The notes below the pieces were generated by a model. It saw nothing but the letters and a program-made list of their open reading frames with translations. It was not told where the DNA came from and made no database searches. Source: a virus (lineage: Duplodnaviria; Caudoviricetes). Taken from it: DNA of 27,142 nt. Location of the stretch: the IMG/VR virus record IMGVR_UViG_3300037783_000021, positions 1 to 27,142 of that record. One strand, given 5' to 3'. The stretch's first letter is position 1. Each line of letters opens with the position of its first letter. Made by a program: the position numbers and the translations under genes. Positions 15,350 through 22,236 of the stretch are shown here, piece by piece.

Positions 15350-16025
15350 AAGCACCACACATGAACCCCGTGCGGTGTGTCCACCGGGTGCCCTAAATTT
15401 TCATCGCGCCCCGCTGCGCTTGCGCAGCGGGGGAATCGTCAAGGCGAGCTTTAGCTCGTTCAGCTTGGCTTTTTCGTCCGCCGTACGGGCTGTTCTGGGC
15501 GCTTTATGGTTGGATGCAGGTGCGCCGTTGATGGCACGCGCAACGTTGAGAAAAAGCCGCACCTTGACGACGCATGAAAATTTGTGGGCCTCCCGGAGGG
15601 ACAACCCGCACGGAGGTTCATGTGTGTGTGCAGCTGAGCCGACCGACACGCGACTGAGCGGCCCAAGGGACCCAACTGATCGTTGCGTCCCAAGGCCCAA
15701 GGACAGCCCGCCAACGGCGGGTGTCCCGGGCTGCAGGGACGCGGCGACTCAGTTGGGATGGCCGCTCACCGCGTGGCGCGGCGTGGTGCCGCTAGAGCTG
15801 CCCTCTGTTCAGGCTCGAAGGCGAGGATCCAAGGACTGCCTAAGTCCTTGGCCGACTGCGGTTCGGAGACCGCACGGGCCGAAGGCCCGTTCACTTATTC
15901 CCGACGAACCCATCCACCCGTGCACGGGAGTGCGAAAGCGACACTCACCCGAAGGGCAGAGACACCGCAGGTGGCTCTGTTCATGAGTGGCGCGGTCCCG
16001 AGCGATTAGCGAGGGATTCGCCAAA
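15350..16025 (+). other. Large structured non-coding element (folded ssDNA promoter/ssi-like, or large ncRNA)
   Basis: Two long imperfect hairpins (15352-15631 and 15647-15775) plus a run of short hairpins (15829-15979); G-T wobbles favour folding of the + strand; no credible CDS. Confidence 0.8.
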
Positions 16026-16392
16026 CCAACACGGCCTCTTCTCTTTTCCCGCGCACGTGTGACGCACCACACAACAAGAACCCAGAGCCACGGACCGAGG
16101 ACCGTCTCGCACAATGCACCACGCTACCAAGAGCCCGTGCACGACGCGCGCCAGCCTCAGGGGTAACTGCAGCCATACGACCGTGGTCATCGAGCCAGCG
16201 ATTGACCCCCATCCCCCCTTTTCCGGGGGTGCCGGTCTGTGCTGCGCCCGTATATTGTTTGAAACGCTGTTGCAGCCGGGGCTATTTTCATTGGACCACA
16301 AGTAGACAACAACCGTCTGGGACAAATCGAAAAACCCAAGGCCGCATCAATTTTCCGCCTCTAAAAATCGCGCGGATTTTTGCGTTTGGGTG

Positions 16393-16407
16393 TGCTACCA
16401 TCCCCTC
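16393..16407 (+). promoter_or_regulatory. Extended -10 promoter, probably giving a leaderless mRNA
   Basis: TGcTACCAT, 6 nt, then ATG 16408; no Shine-Dalgarno. Confidence 0.5.
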
Positions 16408-16596
16408 ATGTGGACCCCTCTGATCCTCGTCTGCGCGCTCGCCGACCCAACGCAATGCGCCATCCCCCTTGCCCCAGCCGCAAGGTCCGAGAACCAATGT
16501 CAGAGCCTCATTGCCCGAGTTCTTGACGACCTAGCCCTTCCTGACACGATGTTCGTGGCCCAAGTCACCTGTTACGAGTGGCCTGTACCGGCTTGA
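16408..16596 (+). CDS. Small Cys-containing hypothetical protein
   Basis: MWTPLILVCALADPTQC...C...C; 62 aa. Confidence 0.7.
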   Translation: MWTPLILVCALADPTQCAIPLAPAARSENQCQSLIARVLDDLALPDTMFVAQVTCYEWPVPA

Positions 16597-16641
16597 TCTG
16601 CTAGGGTCGGGCCACGTTCCTTGCACCACGGACCTCGGACC

Positions 16642-17538
16642 ATGGAAAACTCGATCCTGAGCCTCCCTCCCGGTGAGTTTCTTTTTGCTCTGAACGAGCT
16701 TGGTTTGCCGGATGACCAGCGAGAGTTCTTGCTGTCTCAGTACGGGGCCCCCGAACCTCGGCCCCCGGTCCCTGAGGGTCGGTCGTTTGGCTATCACCTG
16801 CTGGACAACATCATCGGGTTCGACGACGACTATGTGACTCGCGGCGAGGCGCTCAAGTCTGGCATGAGCGACACCCTGTCGGCGATTGCGGCGGACCCGT
16901 TGGGTGCTGCGTGGTCTGCTGCAAAGTCTGTTCCGGAGCAGGCCTACGACCTGATCGACCGTGGCATGCGTGGCGAGGCCACCCCCCTTGAAATGCTTGA
17001 GATCGCGACCATGCCTGCGCTGGGTTCTTTGACTGCGGCGAGCAGGGCGGGGCGCGGGATTGCCAGCCTTGCAGACTACGACCCGACCGTGGCCAGCATT
17101 TTTGGGTCGGGTGCGCCGAAAGCAACTACTCCAAACCAACCCGCCATCATCAGGCCAGACGATGTCTATCGCGGTGAAGGCACGCCCCGGATTACCGTGC
17201 GTCAGACAGATCAGCCGTTTGTCGTCAGAGGTACGCAGCAAGACCAGATTGACGACATGATTCAATCAGGCTTGGTGCGGCCCAAGCCGGGCGGGTGGAA
17301 AGGATCACCACAGTTGTACTTTGGGGAGTCTCCCACGTCTCTGCCAACTGACATCAGAGCGCGACCATCGGAAACACGATTTGTGATGGTGGGCGACTCT
17401 GATAAACTAGCAGGCACTGAAGGCCCGATACCGATAGACCAACTGCGCCACGTTTGGGTTGTTAGGAATGGCGAAACGGTAGATGTTCTGCCAGAAATAC
17501 TGCGAGCCAACCGCGACTTTGGCAACACGGGACGGTAG
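16642..17538 (+). CDS. Putative virion/ejected protein with possible ADP-ribosyltransferase-like C-terminal domain
   Basis: 298 aa; C-terminal VVRGTQQDQIDDMIQSGLVRPK...LYFGES resembles the ART R-G...aromatic-F strand pattern; domain call tentative. Confidence 0.7.
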   Translation: MENSILSLPPGEFLFALNELGLPDDQREFLLSQYGAPEPRPPVPEGRSFGYHLLDNIIGFDDDYVTRGEALKSGMSDTLSAIAADPLGAAWSAAKSVPEQAYDLIDRGMRGEATPLEMLEIATMPALGSLTAASRAGRGIASLADYDPTVASIFGSGAPKATTPNQPAIIRPDDVYRGEGTPRITVRQTDQPFVVRGTQQDQIDDMIQSGLVRPKPGGWKGSPQLYFGESPTSLPTDIRARPSETRFVMVGDSDKLAGTEGPIPIDQLRHVWVVRNGETVDVLPEILRANRDFGNTGR

Positions 17539-17540
17539 CC

Positions 17541-18869
17541 ATGGACCCCGAAGATTTTTACGACCGATACCTGTGGGACGAGAAGACGGGCACTCCGTTG
17601 GGTGTTCGTCCTCCGCGCGCTGACGACCCAGCTTATCCTACTCCTCCGCGTGATGCCGAGGGTTCCGAGGATACGTTCGGTGACACCTCGCGGTATTTTC
17701 TGGATCGCAGCCGCAGGGACATGGCGGACGCACTCCGCGCCCTGTCCCAAGCCGAGGGTTGGGGTGAGCGCTTACTCAGTGGGGTAAGCATCCCTCTCAT
17801 TGGCATTGAGGGTTTGGGGGCACAGGGCTTGGCCGCCCTGTCGGAAATACTGCCCCATTCTGTGACGCACCCGCACCTGTCTCCGGATCAGGCGGAGCGG
17901 GACTTTGTGGAGACATTCCTGTACGAAATTCCGGCGTCGATGGAGGGGCACGCGGCTGGTTTGCCCGGGCGATTGGCGCAGACGGAGCACAGGCTGCGGC
18001 GCGCGGCGGGGGATTTTACGGATCAGTACCCCTCTGACGAGCTTGGGTATTTTCACTCTGCTTATGCGCCGTCACGGACGCACATGGAGCAGATGGCTCA
18101 GCCGGGGTATCGGCTTAACCCTGCCGAGATATCTTATCTAAATCGTATTGCCGAGGCGAACCGGCTTAGGGACGAGGGGCTTACGAATCGGGAGATTTTC
18201 GAGCAAACTCGCATCATGCTGGTCCCACAGCGGGACGCTGCAGGCGACATTGTTGAAGAGGTTGCCCTTACGGCCACGCCGCGTCCTCATGCCTACCCTA
18301 CTCAGGTGGCCCCGGATGCGCGAAGCAGAGCCCTAGGTGCCGAATTGCGGGGCAGCGAAGAGGAGGTGCGGGACCTAATTGACTTCGGACCCGATGTGGA
18401 GGGGCTGTATCCCGGAGGAGGCCCCCGCGCTGATGTCCGTTTTGAGAGGTTTTCCGACCCCGGCGTACGTGGCGAATACGACCCAAGTTCCAACACTATT
18501 TACGTCTCCCGCCTCCGTCGTCACCTCGACGATTTTATTCCCATTGTTGCCCACGAGGGGGAGCATGACGTGCAAGAGTTCTCTGGTCTGCTTCCCGCCG
18601 CCCGAGGCGGAAGTCCCGATGACCTGCCCGGCAACCCGGCGGAAAGATTTGCCGCGTATGAGGCCAACTTGGGTGAGATGTTGGCTCGACGGGCCGAGGG
18701 CGACGATACGACGTCCGTCGCCGCTGGAATTATGCAGGCGCTCAACCCCTTCCTCCGCGAAAGTGTGCATTTACCAGATTTGATGCGGGGTGAGTTGCTG
18801 CCGCGTTTTACCGTCCGCGTTCCGGCCAACATCTTTGAGGCCAACCGGAACGTGGACCTTGAACCTTGA
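17541..18869 (+). CDS. Putative virion/ejected protein with LPD23-like region and HEXXH zincin metallopeptidase (polyvalent-protein type)
   Basis: LRDEGLTNREIFEQT; RGEYDPSSNTIYV; VAHEGEHDVQ...ARGGSP...YEANLGEMLAR. Confidence 0.75.
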   Translation: MDPEDFYDRYLWDEKTGTPLGVRPPRADDPAYPTPPRDAEGSEDTFGDTSRYFLDRSRRDMADALRALSQAEGWGERLLSGVSIPLIGIEGLGAQGLAALSEILPHSVTHPHLSPDQAERDFVETFLYEIPASMEGHAAGLPGRLAQTEHRLRRAAGDFTDQYPSDELGYFHSAYAPSRTHMEQMAQPGYRLNPAEISYLNRIAEANRLRDEGLTNREIFEQTRIMLVPQRDAAGDIVEEVALTATPRPHAYPTQVAPDARSRALGAELRGSEEEVRDLIDFGPDVEGLYPGGGPRADVRFERFSDPGVRGEYDPSSNTIYVSRLRRHLDDFIPIVAHEGEHDVQEFSGLLPAARGGSPDDLPGNPAERFAAYEANLGEMLARRAEGDDTTSVAAGIMQALNPFLRESVHLPDLMRGELLPRFTVRVPANIFEANRNVDLEP

Positions 18870-18886
18870 ACCACGGACCTTGAACC

Positions 18887-18997
18887 ATGGACCCAGACGA
18901 CATCATTCAGATCCCCGGCGGCCCTGCCATCCCGCGAGCTTGGCTGGACGCGGTGGACGAGGCGGCCTTCTGCGGCGGCTGGTTCTTGAGGTTCTGA
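18887..18997 (+). CDS. Possible 36-aa peptide
   Basis: MDPDDIIQIPGGPAIPRAWLDAVDEAAFCGGWFLRF; fills the gap and ends 1 nt before the next ATG; no SD. Confidence 0.35.
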   Translation: MDPDDIIQIPGGPAIPRAWLDAVDEAAFCGGWFLRF

Positions 18998-18998
18998 C

Positions 18999-19265
18999 AT
19001 GCCCTACGTCAACAAGCCCCGTCCCTACAAGAAAGAGTACGCGCAACAGAAGGCGCGTGGCGAGCACGCGGACCGCATGGAGCGGCAGCGTGCGCGCCGG
19101 AAGTTTGACAAAGAAAACGGCCCCGAGGCGCGCAAGGGCAAGGACCTGAGCCACAGCAAGGCCCTGTCCCGTGGCGGATCGAACAAGGACGGTGTGCGGC
19201 TGGAGAGTCCGGCCTCAAACCGGGCACGGGGCGGCGCGATGAGCAGGCCCAAGAGGGGGAAATGA
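18999..19265 (+). CDS. Small basic HNH-like protein
   Basis: RPYKKEY...RQRARR...GKDLSHSKALSRGGSN...SNRAR; RBS GAGG. Confidence 0.75.
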   Translation: MPYVNKPRPYKKEYAQQKARGEHADRMERQRARRKFDKENGPEARKGKDLSHSKALSRGGSNKDGVRLESPASNRARGGAMSRPKRGK

Positions 19266-19283
19266 AGTCTCTTTCGTTGATCC

Positions 19284-19312
19284 TTGAACCACGGACCTCG
19301 GTCCTCTATCCT
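19284..19312 (+). promoter_or_regulatory. Putative sigma70 promoter for the gapR-like gene
   Basis: TTGAAC-N17-TATCCT upstream of RBS AGGAGGA. Confidence 0.6.
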
Positions 19313-19342
19313 CCACAAGTCAAACACAACTAGGAGGACGAC

Positions 19343-19630
19343 ATGTCCGTACTGCCGTTCAAGGAAGACGCCGACTTCGAGGGGCACAATTCCGCTGCCA
19401 TGAAGACCACCAAGGGGGATCTTCGCGATTTTGTCGCGGACTATGAGTCGCACCAGTCTGTTATCGACGACGCGCGGATGGACCAGAAGGATCTGATTAC
19501 GGTCATGAAGGCGAAGGGGTATGACGTGAAGGCCCTTCGCGAGCTTCTGAAGCGCCGCAAGCAGGACGCGGGCGCGCGGGAAGAGCTGGAGAGCACGGTT
19601 CAGCTCTACATGGACCTGTTGCGCGGATGA
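19343..19630 (+). CDS. gapR: GapR/DUF2312 (UPF0335) DNA-binding protein
   Basis: LRDFV...DQKDLITVMKAKGYDVKALRELLKRRKQD...REELESTVQLYMDLL matches the family pattern; RBS AGGAGG. Confidence 0.85.
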   Translation: MSVLPFKEDADFEGHNSAAMKTTKGDLRDFVADYESHQSVIDDARMDQKDLITVMKAKGYDVKALRELLKRRKQDAGAREELESTVQLYMDLLRG

Positions 19631-19709
19631 TGCTAAGTTTGCCCCCAAATAGCGTATTTGGGGGCAGCTGCGCAGCCTGCCCACTGGAGCTTGGCAGGAG
19701 GCCACCACC

Positions 19710-20474
19710 ATGATGGGCTACGGCTACGAGAACGCGGCAGGCGACCGCATTTCCGCGCTGATCGACATGATCAACGGCGGAGGGCCGGGCCGCTCCGGCG
19801 GCACCTTCGAGGGCGGCGGCATCCTGTCTCTGTTGGCGAACGCAGTCGCGAAGCCCTACGGCTCTGTACGGGAGCGCCCCGGACATACGCCCGTGGGTGC
19901 GGCGGCCGCTCCGATGGGTGCGACGGCTGTTCCGATGGACGTGCTGCGGTCGGAGCCTGTCGATACGGCTGTTCTTCCCGACGACGACACCGCTGTTCCC
20001 GTTGACCTGCTCAGGAGCGTGGTTGAAGGGGCAATCGACAGAGCGGAAGAGCGGCCCTCGCTCCCCGGTCTTGCTGAAGAAGGCTACCGGGACGCCATTT
20101 CTCGGCCTGCGCGCACCGGCGGGCGCACTTTCATGGAAGAAGACCTCGCTGTTCTGGGCAACCTCCACCCGGACCTCGCGGCCCTGTTCCGTGGCATGCG
20201 GCCGGGGGACCCCCTTTCCCCGCAGCAGGCCATGTTCCTCGACGCTGCGCGTGTTGGCTCTGCCGAACCGACCGCAACCCTTACTCCCCCGCAATATACC
20301 GTGCGGAAGGCACCGCCGCTGCAGGGTCCGCCTGTTCCGGCTCCGACCTCTGCCCCAGAGTCTCTCTATCCGCCCTCCGGTTTTACGCTGGACCAGCTCG
20401 AGAGAATGTCTCCGCAGATGAGAGCCATGGCCGAGGAGCACAACCTCAAGAACTTGGGGCGGCTGAGCCCCTGA
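19710..20474 (+). CDS. Hypothetical protein, probably virion-associated (Gly-rich N-terminus, Pro-rich C-terminus)
   Basis: DMINGGGPGRSGGTFEGGGILSLLANAVAKPYGS; RBS AGGAGG; location in the late region. Confidence 0.75.
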   Translation: MMGYGYENAAGDRISALIDMINGGGPGRSGGTFEGGGILSLLANAVAKPYGSVRERPGHTPVGAAAAPMGATAVPMDVLRSEPVDTAVLPDDDTAVPVDLLRSVVEGAIDRAEERPSLPGLAEEGYRDAISRPARTGGRTFMEEDLAVLGNLHPDLAALFRGMRPGDPLSPQQAMFLDAARVGSAEPTATLTPPQYTVRKAPPLQGPPVPAPTSAPESLYPPSGFTLDQLERMSPQMRAMAEEHNLKNLGRLSP

Positions 20475-20502
20475 CCCCTCGCCCTAGGACCCGAGGTACA
20501 CC

Positions 20503-20883
20503 ATGTCGTCCTCCGCCTCGGCAATCGGACGAGCTGGAGAGTTCTTGGCGAGCTACATCCTCGAGACCTTTGGCGTCGAGGTACACCATGTGAGCCGCGA
20601 CGGGGCGGATCTGTGGTGCAAGATCCACGATTCACGGATCGTGACCATAAGCGTCAAGACCGCCTCGACTGCGTCGAACAGCAAGAAAACCGGCCACACA
20701 TACCGGTTTTGCACGCCAAACACGGTCCCGGTCGATTACTTCGGCTTCGTTGCTCTGGACCGCCAGATCCTGCTGGTTCGGCCCTTCAAGGAGAAGATGC
20801 CACGAACCACGACGATCCCGGCTCGGACCTTCAACGAGGGCAACCAGCGCAGGACGATTGAGGAAATGATCGCCGCTTGCTAG
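20503..20883 (+). CDS. PD-(D/E)XK-family endonuclease
   Basis: GRAGEFLASYIL...DGADL...ISVKT...VDYFGFVAL; RBS GAGGT. Confidence 0.75.
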   Translation: MSSSASAIGRAGEFLASYILETFGVEVHHVSRDGADLWCKIHDSRIVTISVKTASTASNSKKTGHTYRFCTPNTVPVDYFGFVALDRQILLVRPFKEKMPRTTTIPARTFNEGNQRRTIEEMIAAC

Positions 20884-20911
20884 GATGCGGGCAACTTTTC
20901 GGAGACGTCCC

Positions 20912-21781
20912 ATGTACAACGAAGGTCAGCGCGTCCTAGCTCGCATGCCTGCCGAGCACCGGGAGCACCTCATTCGCGAGGCGGAGCGGCTTCAGATCCC
21001 GCTCGAGGTCGCTGTGGCCCTTGTGCATCAGGAGAGCGTGGGCCGCGAGGACGCGCGCAGCCCCAAGGACGCCTATGGTTACACGCAGCTCATGCCGGAC
21101 ACCGCGCGGGAGCTCGGCGTCGATAGGTCGGACCCGCTGCAGAACATCACGGGTGGCCTGACCTACCTCCGCCGCCAGATGAACAAGTTCGGGAGCTTGC
21201 CGCTGGCTCTTGCCGCCTACAACGCGGGCCCGGGGGCTGTGTCGGAGTACGGCGGCATCCCTCCGTACGCCGAAACGCAGGACTACGTCAAAAAGATCCT
21301 CGGCCGCCTCGGTCTCGACGAGAACGCTGCACCCACTGGCCAGAACCGGGGCATGTTCGGCGCACTGCCGGAACGTGCGCAGGCGCGTATCCAAGGTGTC
21401 AGGGAGGCATTTGCCCCCACCCCTGAGGGCGAGCCCGCACCGGGCGTCTTCGGCCGCTTGGACCGGGGCCTCGGAGCACTCTTCGGCCGTGGGGAATCGG
21501 GGCCCGAGGGCCCAGATCCGGCGTCCGTGGAACGTCTTCGGGCGGCCCTTGAGTCGGGCGACATCAGCCAAGACACTTATGAGCAGATGTATGCTCGTTT
21601 GCTGCTGGAGCCGGAGGACAACAGCCGCGCGATGGGTCTCATGAACCTGTCGGACTACCTGATGAACAGCTACGAACCCCCTCGTTTGATCGGCTCGTCC
21701 TTGTCCACAACTCCCCTGCGTGGTAGTTCTGGGTCCGGAACAAGCGCGATACAACGACTGGGAGTCAGACCGCTGGCATGA
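20912..21781 (+). CDS. Lytic transglycosylase (SLT domain), probably virion-associated
   Basis: QES catalytic motif, GYTQLMPDTA, ALAAYNAGPG, ETQDYVKKI; RBS GGAGA. Confidence 0.92.
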   Translation: MYNEGQRVLARMPAEHREHLIREAERLQIPLEVAVALVHQESVGREDARSPKDAYGYTQLMPDTARELGVDRSDPLQNITGGLTYLRRQMNKFGSLPLALAAYNAGPGAVSEYGGIPPYAETQDYVKKILGRLGLDENAAPTGQNRGMFGALPERAQARIQGVREAFAPTPEGEPAPGVFGRLDRGLGALFGRGESGPEGPDPASVERLRAALESGDISQDTYEQMYARLLLEPEDNSRAMGLMNLSDYLMNSYEPPRLIGSSLSTTPLRGSSGSGTSAIQRLGVRPLA

Positions 21782-22236
21782 CGGTAGAATACAAAGAGCT
21801 GACTGTCGAAAACATTGCAGATGTCATGGTTCTCGGGCTGGAGATGCACGAGGAAGCCCTGCCGAAGAAGTACCCGGTAGACATCGAGTATGCCGCCCAG
21901 AGGTGCTACGAGAACGTCATCCTGTCTGAACACGCCTTCGGCGCCATCGCCATGGACGGCGAAGAACCGGTGGGCATGCTCATGGGGCAGCTGGCCCACT
22001 ACGATTGGGCCCCGGTCCTGTTTGCCTACAACCTGATCTGGTACGTCAAACCGGCGCGCCGTGGATCGATGACCGCGTTCCGCCTGCTTCGGATGTTCGA
22101 GCGCTGGGCCAAGGAGAAAGGCGCGGTGCACGTGGCCATTGGTCTGGCCTCCGGGGTGCGCACGAAGAAGACGGGCAAGGCCCTGAGCCGCGCTGGCTAC
22201 CGGCACATGGGCGGGAACTTCATCAAGGAAGTCTGA
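21778..22236 (+). CDS. GNAT-family acetyltransferase
   Basis: WYVKPARRGS motif A, FERWAKEKGA, LSRAGYRHMG; ATGA coupling. Confidence 0.85.
   Translation: MTVEYKELTVENIADVMVLGLEMHEEALPKKYPVDIEYAAQRCYENVILSEHAFGAIAMDGEEPVGMLMGQLAHYDWAPVLFAYNLIWYVKPARRGSMTAFRLLRMFERWAKEKGAVHVAIGLASGVRTKKTGKALSRAGYRHMGGNFIKEV

Noticed and set aside
15350-16025. Group I/II intron, retron msr-msd or other named ribozyme
   Set aside because: It interrupts no gene, I could not identify catalytic core motifs, and there is no reverse transcriptase in the window; an Rfam search is needed to exclude this fully
15339-16325. ORFs over the structured block (215, 108, 101 and 114 aa)
   Set aside because: No RBS, Arg/Pro/Ala-rich non-protein-like composition; extensive base pairing explains the sequence better
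22005-22235. N-terminal extension of TerL in the ORF track (912 aa)
   Set aside because: Overlaps the GNAT gene in another frame; ATG 22236 is coupled to the GNAT stop by TGATG
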